A stretch of 64,000 bases of DNA from Promineifilum sp. (GCA_019454405.1 JACFOH010000013.1:5653-69652), one strand, 5' to 3'. Shown: positions 49,630 through 61,463, numbered from the stretch's first letter. Numbers and translations: made by a program. The notes: generated from the sequence alone by a model not told the origin.

Positions 49630-52062
49630 TTATTCGTCGGCCTCGGCGACAAGTCTTCGCATAGCGACATAAGCATTGACCAGCCCGTAACCTTCGATGT
49701 TGTTGGGCCATTCGCCTTTTGCCCCGCAATAATCGGTATCGGCTGGTAATTGCCTGTGTAGTGCTGTGCTGGTGAGGAGGGCTTCGGTGCGGTCGATATC
49801 GCCTATGAGCGAGGGATCGGCCGACCAGAGCAGCGCCACCACGCCGACGACATGTGGCCCGGCCATGGACGTTCCGCTCGCGTAATCGTACGAATTATGG
49901 GGGGACGAGGACAGAATACTCGCGCCGGGCGCGACGACATCGGGTTTCGTGCGGCCGCTGCCGTCGGCCGTCACAGGGCCGCGGCTGCTGAAATCGGCGA
50001 TCCATCCAGATTCTTCCATGGCCCCGACGGTGAATACCTCATCGAACAGGCTGATGGGAGCGTTGATTGTGTTGCATGCGGGGCCGTCGTTGCCGGCCGA
50101 GGCGACGACGAACACGCCGGCGGCCCGTAGCGCCCGAACGGCTGATAGTAACGTGCCCGGGTCGCAACCCTCGAGCGCCGGGCAGCCCCACGAATTATTG
50201 AGTACGTTGGCCCCGAGGTCCGGGCGGCCATCCCGAAATGGGTCACCACCCGAAGGGAAAGGAGCCAGCATAAATTGCAGGCAGTCAAGATAGCGAGGCG
50301 GATTGCCTAAATTGCGGGCCAGATTAACACAACCGATCCAGGTCGCTTCAGGCGCCACGCCGACGGTCCGGCCGAGCACAGTCCCTAACGTGTGGGTTCC
50401 ATGCCCTTCATAATCGATGGGGTGGGTGGAACCAAACCAGGGATCGAACCAGTTATAGGAATCGCCGCCCGTCGCCCCGTCCTTGTTCCCGCGATATTGG
50501 TCGCGCAGTTCGGGATGTATGGCATCCACCCCTGAATCGCTTTGCCCAATGATGATGCCCGCTCCCCGCACGTCGAACTTCTCCCACACTTGTGGCGCCC
50601 CTACTTTAACCAGGTTCCATTCAGGGGCTGTGGGGGGCTTGGCCGTTCCGGGATTAACCAGACCCAGGCCGGGCAGCGGCCGCAAGACTGGACTCATGAG
50701 CACGCGATCGACTTCGGGGCGCGCTTCCAGCCACCGACGCGTAGCCAGCCCGCCGTCCACTTCCAGCGCGTTTTCCAGGTAATAGGGTGTGTAATGGATT
50801 CTCGCTTGAGTCAGCGCCTGGCGAAGGTCGGCCTGAGTTTCATCGGCGTGAGCGACAAGGGTATTGTAGACGAAGGTGCGCCGCTCGATTGGATCGGTGA
50901 TACCGGCCGCGGCCGTAAGATCGGCCTGATTAGCCATAATGACATAAAGATGGTCGCCGCCCCAGCCGGGTTGTCCAGAGGTGAAGTAGAGGACACCCAG
51001 GCCGGCGACGGCGAATATGGCCACGCCGATTGTCAGCCAGCGCCTTCTCTTGATCGGGCGGCGAGCCAGTAGCCAGAAGGGGATAGTCAATAGCAAGGTC
51101 GCAGCTATTCCGATCGCCGTTGACCGGAAAGTGAAAAAGAGGGCGTCACGAGATCTCATATTGAGGAGCAGGAGTAATTCGTCGGGATCGACGAAGGCCA
51201 GCGGGGCCGCGACGACCAGACCGACCAGCAACGAAGTCGCGCGCCAATCGTGATATCTTGCCCCTTCGGCGTCCCATCGGGAGACGGCCGCGGCCAACCA
51301 GCCAATCCCTGACAGAAGACCGAGCAGGATAAGTTGCTGCCCATTGTAGCCATAGGCCGCGCCCATCGTTAGCCAGGCGATCCCCATGATCAGGCCGGTC
51401 GGGCCGAGCGAGAAGGGTGGCTTATCGATTTCTTCGTTCGCTTTCGTGTTCAGGAAATAGTGTGATGTTTGTCCCGCGGCCAGACCAAACAGTACCGCCG
51501 ATGCCAGATTCAGGGCTGTGTCGAGCAAGGAGCCCAAGGCGCCCCAGATGAACCAGGGCCAGATGATGAGGGTTGCCGCCAGGAGCGCCGGCCACAGGAT
51601 GCCGCCACCGGGGGCAAGCCTGACGCCGGACCGTCGCCGTAGCCATGCCAGGATCAATAAATAGACGGTTGCGCCGGCGATCTGTAACAGAGCGGCCAGT
51701 TGCGCCGCCGGGGGTGTAACAAACTGTACTGGAAGCGCCAATAGCGCGAAGACGCCCGCCAGTATCCACGTCTTGAAAACCGGTCGATAAGAACTCTTCC
51801 TGAAAAAGCGTAACCCTAGTGCAGAAGTCAGAAGAATGGTCAACGCATGTCCGGTAATGATCCCGCTCCATAGCATTCTGTGCGATGGGCCATATCCCGC
51901 CAGGTCGCCTGAGGCCAGGGCGATCTGCTCCCCCAGCCACACGAGCGGGTAAAGGACGAACGACAATCCGGCGATCCAGATAGCTACCAACAGTATATAG
52001 GCCGGAGCTGCGCTGTCTTTCTCGCGTGGGGGCTTGGCGGCTGGAGATGTTTGTTCAATCAT
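49630..52062 (-). CDS. Polytopic membrane protein fused to an S8 subtilisin (bacillopeptidase F-like) domain
   Basis: About 11 TM helices, then DSG, HGTH, NNSWG, SAGN, SGTSMAGP. Confidence 0.88.
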   Translation of the reverse strand: MIEQTSPAAKPPREKDSAAPAYILLVAIWIAGLSFVLYPLVWLGEQIALASGDLAGYGPSHRMLWSGIITGHALTILLTSALGLRFFRKSSYRPVFKTWILAGVFALLALPVQFVTPPAAQLAALLQIAGATVYLLILAWLRRRSGVRLAPGGGILWPALLAATLIIWPWFIWGALGSLLDTALNLASAVLFGLAAGQTSHYFLNTKANEEIDKPPFSLGPTGLIMGIAWLTMGAAYGYNGQQLILLGLLSGIGWLAAAVSRWDAEGARYHDWRATSLLVGLVVAAPLAFVDPDELLLLLNMRSRDALFFTFRSTAIGIAATLLLTIPFWLLARRPIKRRRWLTIGVAIFAVAGLGVLYFTSGQPGWGGDHLYVIMANQADLTAAAGITDPIERRTFVYNTLVAHADETQADLRQALTQARIHYTPYYLENALEVDGGLATRRWLEARPEVDRVLMSPVLRPLPGLGLVNPGTAKPPTAPEWNLVKVGAPQVWEKFDVRGAGIIIGQSDSGVDAIHPELRDQYRGNKDGATGGDSYNWFDPWFGSTHPIDYEGHGTHTLGTVLGRTVGVAPEATWIGCVNLARNLGNPPRYLDCLQFMLAPFPSGGDPFRDGRPDLGANVLNNSWGCPALEGCDPGTLLSAVRALRAAGVFVVASAGNDGPACNTINAPISLFDEVFTVGAMEESGWIADFSSRGPVTADGSGRTKPDVVAPGASILSSSPHNSYDYASGTSMAGPHVVGVVALLWSADPSLIGDIDRTEALLTSTALHRQLPADTDYCGAKGEWPNNIEGYGLVNAYVAMRRLVAEADE

Positions 52063-52218
52063 GTCTAAATCATGCCGGGTTCATAAGTTCGGCTGATCCT
52101 ACGCGATTTGACTGTTACGGCAATAGACGATGTCGCGAATCCGGCATCAATGATGACCGGTGCGCCAACTGTTTGAAGGATCGGGCGAAAAGACGCTATA
52201 CTTGCGAACAAATCAATT

Positions 52219-53622
52219 ATGGACCCGATGCAGTTCCTCGACATTCTGGATTCTCACCTCTCTGAGGCTGAATTAAGCGCCCTTTGCCGGCAGTTTGGCG
52301 TAGACTATAACGCCTTTCCGGGATCGACTCAGCGCGAGAAGGCCCGCGAATTCCTCGGCTATATCCGGCGCGGCGGCCGCATGGCGGGTTTAGCTGAAGC
52401 GACCACTGTTTTGCGCCCCGATCTATCCTCGACTGTGGCCCAATTCTTTGAGAGCAAGGAGGACGAACTGTCCTGGATCGATGGATTGGCGGGCGCCGAC
52501 GATCGAGTCATGGATTCCGGCCTGACCTGGCGATGGTCGTCGTCAACATCAAGCGCCCAGACTCGCCCCGGACAACTTGATGAGAAGGATGTTCCTTCAC
52601 CGGCCGATGTCTCTAACCCCTACACACCTGGCCGCATGATCGTCGATGAGACTATGTTTTTCGGTCGCGATATCGAATGGGCACAACTTCGGCGGCATAT
52701 ATCCGCCGGGGAGCATGTGGCGATCGTGAGCGGGCGGAACTTTGGCGGCTCATCCCTGCTTTATCGCGCGGCTCGCAGCTTTGACGATTCGCCCCGGTTG
52801 CTCAGCGCCTACGTCGATCTGCGGGATCCCAGCCATCAGACCTTATCCGGGTTGTTCGATTCGGCCTGGAGTCAATGGTGGGGCCGCGTTCGGCCGGGTA
52901 ATACGGCCCGTGTTCGAACATTGCATGATTTCGTGACGGCGGTGCATAAATTAAGCGCTGCCGGCTACCAGCCGCTTCTCTTTCTGGATGAACTGGAGCA
53001 ATTGGCCTGGCGGCCGTCTGTATTCAGCGATGAAGTATTCGAGGCCTGGCGGGCGCTTGGCGATAACGGACAACTTGGTTTTGTCTTGACCAGCCATACA
53101 TCCCCGGCCGATTTGCTGGCGCAGAATGGACTTTCCTCGCGCTTCTACGAACTGTTTCAGCTCCTCAATGTCGGTTTACTTGGCGCCGCTGCCGCTCGAG
53201 ACATGCTGGTTGTTCCCCTCCAAAGAGCAAATATCGAAGCGCCGGGCGGCGCTGTTGATTACTTCCTGGACAGGGCCGGGCCGCATCCGTTCTTTCTGCA
53301 ACTTGCCGGGTATTATTTGTTTGATTCGCTGGCGCGACGTGCCTACTCGCGCGACGAAGTGGACAGGGTGTTCACGGCCGCGGCCGAACCGTTCTGGCAA
53401 GAATTATGGGATTCAATGACGCCCCTGGCACAGGAATATTATCCGGTGAACCTGTCCTCTGCGGTCGAGGGCATGAGCGGGAGGCAACTGCGCATTATCG
53501 CCAATAAAGGGCTGGCTATCGCCGAGGACGAAGGCATCGGGCCGTTCAGCGCCGGGTTTGCCGATTGGTTGGTCCGTATACGAACCGCCGCCGAAGCCGC
53601 CGCGACCGTGTCCCCTGATTGA
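52219..53622 (+). CDS. Effector-associated-domain-like N-terminus fused to a STAND/AAA-type NTPase with degenerate Walker A
   Basis: SEAELSALC..GVDY..PG...KARE...R.GR; NPY..G, FFGR, Walker A GRNFGGSS (no Lys), Walker B LFLDE, GPHPF. Confidence 0.7.
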   Translation: MDPMQFLDILDSHLSEAELSALCRQFGVDYNAFPGSTQREKAREFLGYIRRGGRMAGLAEATTVLRPDLSSTVAQFFESKEDELSWIDGLAGADDRVMDSGLTWRWSSSTSSAQTRPGQLDEKDVPSPADVSNPYTPGRMIVDETMFFGRDIEWAQLRRHISAGEHVAIVSGRNFGGSSLLYRAARSFDDSPRLLSAYVDLRDPSHQTLSGLFDSAWSQWWGRVRPGNTARVRTLHDFVTAVHKLSAAGYQPLLFLDELEQLAWRPSVFSDEVFEAWRALGDNGQLGFVLTSHTSPADLLAQNGLSSRFYELFQLLNVGLLGAAAARDMLVVPLQRANIEAPGGAVDYFLDRAGPHPFFLQLAGYYLFDSLARRAYSRDEVDRVFTAAAEPFWQELWDSMTPLAQEYYPVNLSSAVEGMSGRQLRIIANKGLAIAEDEGIGPFSAGFADWLVRIRTAAEAAATVSPD

Positions 53623-53718
53623 CTGGATTCAACGCCCTATCTTTATATGGATCACCTTTCAGCGTGAATTTGACTGAATCATCCTACCCATCTTTTGCAT
53701 TTATGGAGGCAAATACCT

Positions 53719-54636
53719 GTGAAACGAGCAGTCAGCATTAGCATAGGATCATCCAAACGCGATAGCGCCGCTGAACTTGAACTGCTGGGCGAGCGAGTCC
53801 GCCTTGAACGTATTGGCACCAATGGCGATATGGAGCGCGCGGCACAGCTCTTTGGCGAACTGGACGGCAAGGTTGATGCCTTCGGTATGGGGGGCGCGAT
53901 CCGGGGACTGACCGTTGACGATAAATACTATCCGCTGCACTCCGTGGATAATCTGACTCGTTACGTGAAACAAACGCCCGTCGTCGACGGCACCGGCGTG
54001 AAGAGCACGCTGGAAGGGCGGATGTTAGCTTACGTGGAATCGCAGATCGGTGTGCCGCAACCAAAACGCTTCCTGATAACCAGTATGACCGACCGCTGGT
54101 GGATGGCGGCGCCCTTCTTTGAAGGCGGCTATGAGTGTGTGGTCGGCGATCTGATGTTCGCGCTGGGAGTGCCCATCGCCATCCATTCGATAAAGGGCGT
54201 TAAGCGTCTGGCGGCCACGATGTTGCCTGTGATCGGTCGCTTGCCGTTTGAGTGGGTTTATCCTATCGGCGAAAGCCAGGAGCACAACACACCCAAGTTC
54301 GGCAAGTACTTCGATTGGGCGACAGTGATCGCCGGAGATTGCCACTATATCAAGCGCTTCATGCCCGCCCGCCTGGACGGCAAGATCATCTTCACTAATA
54401 CGACGACCAAGGAAGACGTTCAGGACTTTCGCAATGCGGGAGTTGCCTATCTCGTCACATCGACCCCCCGGCTGGAGGGGCGGTCTTTCGGCACGAATGT
54501 GATGGAGGCCATGTTGGTCGCCATCAGCGGCAAGGGGCGAGCATTGAGCAGCGAAGAACTGAGAGATTTGATTGATCAGATAGGTCTTAAGCCAAACATC
54601 GAACCGCTGAATCCCGACAGCTTGACGGTTGCCTAA
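53719..54636 (+). CDS. Conserved protein (family often labelled 'quinate 5-dehydrogenase', function unverified)
   Basis: GGAGG RBS with GTG start; VSISIGSSKRD, ERIGTNGD, IAGD.H, GRSFGTNVMEA. Confidence 0.7.
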   Translation: MKRAVSISIGSSKRDSAAELELLGERVRLERIGTNGDMERAAQLFGELDGKVDAFGMGGAIRGLTVDDKYYPLHSVDNLTRYVKQTPVVDGTGVKSTLEGRMLAYVESQIGVPQPKRFLITSMTDRWWMAAPFFEGGYECVVGDLMFALGVPIAIHSIKGVKRLAATMLPVIGRLPFEWVYPIGESQEHNTPKFGKYFDWATVIAGDCHYIKRFMPARLDGKIIFTNTTTKEDVQDFRNAGVAYLVTSTPRLEGRSFGTNVMEAMLVAISGKGRALSSEELRDLIDQIGLKPNIEPLNPDSLTVA

Positions 54637-54708
54637 GCTGCCGTTCATCGTCCGGGTTGGATATCGTTTCTGAAGCCGGCTCCGGCTACTGACGCTACTG
54701 CGTGCCGC

Positions 54709-56130
54709 CTATGTCGCGCCGACATCGCCGGGTTCAAGCTCCGGCTGGATGCCGCCGGCAAAGGCCCTTGCCCGGGCGGCCGCAGTCCCTATATAACCGC
54801 CGGCGTTCATTAGTTGTCGCACCTCGGCGGCCGGTAGATAGCCGGTCAGGCGTCTGTCTTCGGTCAATAGCTCTGTCAGGGGATTGATCTCATCCCGCCG
54901 TATCGCTTCCCAGGCCAGCAAACTTGCTTCGCGTAGCCATTCATGCGCCTCCTGCCGGTCGGCTCCGGCGCGCACGGCGGCCATTAGCACGCGTTCCGTC
55001 GCCGAGAAAGGGCCGTAGCGGGCCAGATTACGGTCGATCTGCTCGTAATCGAAGGTCATCCCCTCGACAAGGCCGCGCGCTCGTCGCAGTATTTCGTCAA
55101 CGGCCAGGAAGCTTTCCGGCAAGAATAGCCGGCGGTTGGCGCTGTCGTCCAGACTGCGCTCCAGGATGGCCTGCCCGGCGTTGTCCCAGGCGACGGCCGA
55201 TTGCGCGGCCACAAATCGGGCCAGAGAACAGATATTCTCGGCGATGATGGGGTTACGTTTGAAGGGCATGGCCGATGAGCCGACCTGCTGCTTGCCGAAC
55301 GGTTCGGCCCACTCGCCAAACGGTGGCGATTGCAGCGCGCGAAAATCGAGCGCGAACTTGTGCAGCGATGAAGCGATCCCGGTCAGAACCTGCTGCAGGC
55401 GCAAATCTTGCTGTCGCGTGTAGGTCTGGCTTGCGACCGGGAAATAGGGCAGGTTGAGCCGCGCCATCGCCAGCGCCTCCATCTGCTCGGCCGTCATCCC
55501 GGTCCCCTCCAGCAACTCGACAAAGCTCGCCTGAGTGCCGACCGCTCCTTTTAGTCCCTTGCCGCGCAATTCCCCAATGAGCGCCCGGAGATGTTTGAAA
55601 TCTTCCCATAGATCCTGGGTATACAGAGCCAGACGATAGCCCAGAGTTGTCGGCTCGGCCGGCTGAATGTGCGTGTGGGCCATCACCGGCAGATCGGCCG
55701 TCTCTTCGATGCGACGACAAAAAGCCAGTAATAACCGGCGTAGCGATTCGGCCAATAACTGGAGCGATTCCCGCTGACGCAGCACGTCGACATTGTCGGT
55801 AATGTCCGCGCTTGTCGCGCCCCAATGGATGATGCCGCCTCCCACCGGGCATTGCTCGGCATAAACGCGTATCTCGGCCATCACGTCATGGCGAGTTTCC
55901 CGCTCGACCTGTAACGCGCGTTCGATATCAACATCATCGATATGGGCCTCCAGGTCGGCCAGTTGTTCGGCCGATACCAATCCGGCAGCGTGTTGCGCAG
56001 TGGCCAACGCGACCCATACTCGTCGCATCGCACGCCGTTTGTAGACTTCTGACCAGAGATAACGCATCGCTTCGCTGCCATAGCGCCAGGTCATCGGAGA
56101 GATGTAGGTATGGTGGTCAAAATGGGTCAT
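54709..56130 (-). CDS. purB: Adenylosuccinate lyase
   Basis: RHDVMA, HWGATS, THIQPA, GSSAMPFKRNP. Confidence 0.93.
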   Translation of the reverse strand: MTHFDHHTYISPMTWRYGSEAMRYLWSEVYKRRAMRRVWVALATAQHAAGLVSAEQLADLEAHIDDVDIERALQVERETRHDVMAEIRVYAEQCPVGGGIIHWGATSADITDNVDVLRQRESLQLLAESLRRLLLAFCRRIEETADLPVMAHTHIQPAEPTTLGYRLALYTQDLWEDFKHLRALIGELRGKGLKGAVGTQASFVELLEGTGMTAEQMEALAMARLNLPYFPVASQTYTRQQDLRLQQVLTGIASSLHKFALDFRALQSPPFGEWAEPFGKQQVGSSAMPFKRNPIIAENICSLARFVAAQSAVAWDNAGQAILERSLDDSANRRLFLPESFLAVDEILRRARGLVEGMTFDYEQIDRNLARYGPFSATERVLMAAVRAGADRQEAHEWLREASLLAWEAIRRDEINPLTELLTEDRRLTGYLPAAEVRQLMNAGGYIGTAAARARAFAGGIQPELEPGDVGAT

Positions 56131-56147
56131 GTCGTTCGTGTGGCCGA

Positions 56148-57050
56148 TCAGGGCGCGATTTCAACCGGCGCTTGCACGGCCTGTGCCTGCTTCCGGTGGA
56201 AGAGACTCTCGGCCGTATACAGAATCAACGCCAGCCAGATTAGTCCGAAACCGACGACGCGGGACGGGCCAAATCCTTCATGGTAGATGAGTACGCCGAT
56301 AAGAAATTGCAGCGTCGGCATGATGTACTGGAGCAGGCCGAGCGACGTCAGAGTGATCCGTCGCGCGCCGGCGGCGAACAGGAGCAGGGGGATGCTCGTC
56401 ACGATGCCTGCTCCGGCGAGCAATAGATTAATCGTCATGCTGGCGTGGCCAAAAGCGCCGGTTCCGCGCATTTCCTGAAGGATCAGAAAGCCGAGAGCCG
56501 GCAGGAAGAGGACGGCCGTCTCCAGAAATAGCCCTTCGGCCGAATTCAGGAGCGCGGTCTTGCGAATAAGACCATAGAAGGCGAATGTGAAAGCCAGCGT
56601 CAGGGCGATCCACGGAAAAGCGCCGTAGCTGAAAGTCAGGTAGAGGACGCCGCCCAATGCGATGCTGAGGGCTACCCATTGTGCCCCACGCAGCTTTTCC
56701 TTGAGAACGATGAAGCCGAGCAGAACGCTGACCAGCGGGTTGATGAAGTAGCCGAGGCTCGTTTCAACGATAAATCCGGCATTGACGCCCCAGATGAAGA
56801 CGAACCAGTTGACGCCCAGCAGCAGGCCGGACAGGGTGAACGTCAGCAAGACGCGCGGCCGCTTCAGGGTCTCTCGCAGCCAACCCCAATTACGGCGTAC
56901 CATCAGCATCAGGCCAACGGATATCAGCGACCATACGACCCGGTGAGCCAGAATTTGGCCGGCGGATACTCCCTGCAGCATCTTCCAATAGACCGGCAAC
57001 AAGCCCCAGAGGATGTAGGCCCCTGCCGCATAAACGATCCCTTTATTCAT
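56148..57050 (-). CDS. rarD: RarD family EamA transporter
   Basis: WGLLPVYWK, AHRVVWS, SLGYFINPL, QYIMPTLQF. Confidence 0.92.
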   Translation of the reverse strand: MNKGIVYAAGAYILWGLLPVYWKMLQGVSAGQILAHRVVWSLISVGLMLMVRRNWGWLRETLKRPRVLLTFTLSGLLLGVNWFVFIWGVNAGFIVETSLGYFINPLVSVLLGFIVLKEKLRGAQWVALSIALGGVLYLTFSYGAFPWIALTLAFTFAFYGLIRKTALLNSAEGLFLETAVLFLPALGFLILQEMRGTGAFGHASMTINLLLAGAGIVTSIPLLLFAAGARRITLTSLGLLQYIMPTLQFLIGVLIYHEGFGPSRVVGFGLIWLALILYTAESLFHRKQAQAVQAPVEIAP

Positions 57051-57072
57051 ACTGTTACTCGGCAAAAATGGA

Positions 57073-57114
57073 GGCGTCGGGATATGGACAACTCCCTTGC
57101 CATATCCCGTCGCC
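57073..57114 (-). terminator. Intrinsic terminator after guaB
   Basis: GGCG(T)CGGGATATGG / CCATATCCCG(T)CGCC stem, TTTTT shortly after on the minus strand. Confidence 0.7.
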
Positions 57115-57121
57115 AGACTCT

Positions 57122-58660
<1,539 letters not shown>

Positions 58661-59545
58661 TCAATTTTGTCGCCGCGGCTTGGGTTTGGCCACCCGCTGA
58701 CGACGACGGCTGAAGATTTGCGCACGGCCACTACGCGACAGAACGATCCAGACGCCAACCAAGGCCAGGGCCAGCGCCATCAGGAACGAATAGGTAATGG
58801 GGGTTCCCCCAATAGTTGGTTGATCGGGACGGAAGAACTCCAGGAAGGCTCGACCTGCGCCCCACCAGATCATGAAGATGCCGAATAGTGTGCCCGCACT
58901 CCATTTATTCCGGAAGCGATTATTCAGGAATACCAGCACGATGAAACCGAGGATGAGCCAGACGGACTCGTAGAGGAACGTTGGGTGGAAGCGCGTATCG
59001 AGTGGGTATTGGTTCAGATCGGCGTATTGTGGCAGGCGATAGGGCGCTTCGATGAGAATACCCCACGGCCGCGTGGTGGGCGGGCCATATAGCTCTTGAT
59101 TGATGAAGTTGCCCCACCGGCCGATGCCTTGAGCGATCAGCAGCGCCGGGCCGGCCACGTCGGCATAATGCCAGAAATTTTGTCGTCGCCGGCGAACGAA
59201 AAGCCAGCCCACGACGGCCGCGCCGATGAACCCCCCCAGGATATTGATGCCGCCCGCGCGGATGTTGATTACATCCCAGAAGGTCTTGAACTGGTCGCCT
59301 CGGCCGCCGAACACCTCGAGCAATACATAAGTCAGACGCGCAAACAGATAGCCGCTGAAGATGACGACGATCAGGCCATTGAAGAACTCATCGACGCTCT
59401 GGCCACGTTTGGCGATCTCATGCGCAGCCCAGACCACGCCGATGGCAATGCCCAATGTGACGAGAATACCGTACCAATAAATAGGGAACCCGCCGCCGAT
59501 AGGAATTGTAAAGGCGATCGGGTCGATTTTAAGTCCGTCCAGCAT
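58661..59545 (-). CDS. lgt: Prolipoprotein diacylglyceryl transferase
   Basis: IYWYG, GRWGNFINQELYG, HPTFLYES, EFFR. Confidence 0.95.
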   Translation of the reverse strand: MLDGLKIDPIAFTIPIGGGFPIYWYGILVTLGIAIGVVWAAHEIAKRGQSVDEFFNGLIVVIFSGYLFARLTYVLLEVFGGRGDQFKTFWDVINIRAGGINILGGFIGAAVVGWLFVRRRRQNFWHYADVAGPALLIAQGIGRWGNFINQELYGPPTTRPWGILIEAPYRLPQYADLNQYPLDTRFHPTFLYESVWLILGFIVLVFLNNRFRNKWSAGTLFGIFMIWWGAGRAFLEFFRPDQPTIGGTPITYSFLMALALALVGVWIVLSRSGRAQIFSRRRQRVAKPKPRRQN

Positions 59546-59611
59546 ATTTCACCCGTGGCAGTTGTATTCCCTTGGTTAGCTCCAGCCTGTGCGAGACCAA
59601 GGGTTGCTCAA

Positions 59612-61222
59612 TTATTCCAAATAGCCCAGCCCGCGCAACCGCTGGCGTAGTAGTTCGTCGCTTTCCAGATCGACGGTCGCCCCGGTGGGTTGTTTGTTGC
59701 CCTCTCGTTTCGCTCGTTGAACCATCTGGTCGAGCGATATTTCCAGCGCGGCAACGGCCACTGGATACTCTGCGATAACATTATTGAGTTCAAGCGGATC
59801 CTCCGCCAGGTTATAGAATTCTTCCGGCACGTCCTCAACTTCGATCAGCTTTGTCGATACACGAGCATTTTCGCTTGACGGACGCACGATGGCCCGTCGT
59901 ACCGACAGGCAACGATATTGTTCCAGCAGTCCCGGCTGTCGTGACTCAACCGCCTTCACAAAATTCAGGGGAGGATAGATTTCGCTATAGGCGGTGTGTT
60001 GCTCCGGATCGCGGCCGGCCAATGTGTGCCGCAGGCTTAATCGTCGCACGTTTGATCCGTCATCGGCGAGCATCTCGTCAACGATAGCGGCTTGTTGTTC
60101 GGTCTGCGCAGCGGCATCCAGAATGGTATGAAAAATCCGCCGTGTGCTGACGGGCGTGTCAATTCGTGTCTCTGCTTCCACCCGGCCGGGCCAGTGCATG
60201 ATGAACGGCACGTGCACCAACTCTTCATAGGCGACGAACGCATGGCCGATCAAGTTATGATCACCCAAGCCATCGCCATGATCGGCCACGATGACAGTCA
60301 ATGTATCACGGCCGCGCTTCCGTTGTTCCAGCGCCTGGAAGAGCGCCCCCAGGTAATGATCCTGATAAGCCACTTCGGCATCATACATGTCGTTGAGGAC
60401 GCGCGCTTCCAGCTCGCCGAGCGGTTCGGCCAGAGGCGCGGCCCAGCGATAGGCCTCGCGGTTCCACGTGCTCATGGTGGCGCGTGCCGCTTTGCTATGT
60501 CGGAAGTAGGGCGCGACCCGATCGACGAATTCGCCCGGCGCCCAGAACGGCAAGTGTGTCTCCATCAGATTCAGAAACAGGAACAACGGCTTGTCGTCCG
60601 CGCTCGTCTCGCGTTCCTGGATGAAATGAACTACGTCCTGAACCGAACGCTCATTCTGTCCCTTGAAGTTGGCCATCTTGGACCACAGCGGCGTCAGCCA
60701 GGAATGCAGCGAGACTCTGAAAGCCAAATCCGACCGACCGATAAAATTCTGGATCGGGTAAGAGATTCGCCGCAGAAATTGGGTGTACCACTCGGCGACC
60801 CGGCTCACGGGCCAGGGCCAGGGGTTCGATGCGTCCGGAACGCTGGGGAAAGCCCCGCCATAGTTATAGAAGGTTTGAAACCCTCGCTTAAAGCCGTTAT
60901 TTAGCACGCCGACGAGGGGATTATTGCAGAAACCGATGGTTTCATAGCCAAGCCGCCGTAGCACCTCGGCCAGATGTGGCCGCCCCTCGCTCAGGCTCTG
61001 CGATGACTGGGTCACGCCGTGCGAGGTGGGATAAAGCCCCGTGAAGAGCGACGCGTGGCTGGGTATCGTCCACTGCGCGGGCGAGACTGCTTGCTCAAAC
61101 AGGGCGCCGGCGGCCGCGAAGCGATCCAGATTGGGCGTGATAGGGCGGTCATAGCCATAGCAGCCGAGGCGATCGGCGCGTTGGGTATCCAGAACGATGA
61201 ATATGATGTCGGGTGAGTTCAT
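59612..61222 (-). CDS. Sulfatase-like hydrolase/transferase (alkaline phosphatase superfamily)
   Basis: DTQRAD, WTIPSHASLFTG, ETHLP, YDAEV, ADHGD, LRGLGY; start taken at MNSPD. Confidence 0.85.
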   Translation of the reverse strand: MNSPDIIFIVLDTQRADRLGCYGYDRPITPNLDRFAAAGALFEQAVSPAQWTIPSHASLFTGLYPTSHGVTQSSQSLSEGRPHLAEVLRRLGYETIGFCNNPLVGVLNNGFKRGFQTFYNYGGAFPSVPDASNPWPWPVSRVAEWYTQFLRRISYPIQNFIGRSDLAFRVSLHSWLTPLWSKMANFKGQNERSVQDVVHFIQERETSADDKPLFLFLNLMETHLPFWAPGEFVDRVAPYFRHSKAARATMSTWNREAYRWAAPLAEPLGELEARVLNDMYDAEVAYQDHYLGALFQALEQRKRGRDTLTVIVADHGDGLGDHNLIGHAFVAYEELVHVPFIMHWPGRVEAETRIDTPVSTRRIFHTILDAAAQTEQQAAIVDEMLADDGSNVRRLSLRHTLAGRDPEQHTAYSEIYPPLNFVKAVESRQPGLLEQYRCLSVRRAIVRPSSENARVSTKLIEVEDVPEEFYNLAEDPLELNNVIAEYPVAVAALEISLDQMVQRAKREGNKQPTGATVDLESDELLRQRLRGLGYLE

Positions 61223-61463
61223 TATCCTGTCAGCTTGGTTCGATAACCCGGGGTGTTGATGTTTCATCACCGATTGCACCTTGTGCCGCCCCACGTCATA
61301 TCTTAACAAAAACCCGGCCGAAAATAATGGCCAAGGTATCGTTTATAGCTAATTGCGAAGCATAACATGCTCATCAGTCCATCGCAAACCCTGCTTAGCG
61401 CAGGTTCACGGCGAACGTGGCCGGTGTTTGCCAATCTGCCCGATTGGCTCTATCTTTCAAGCC

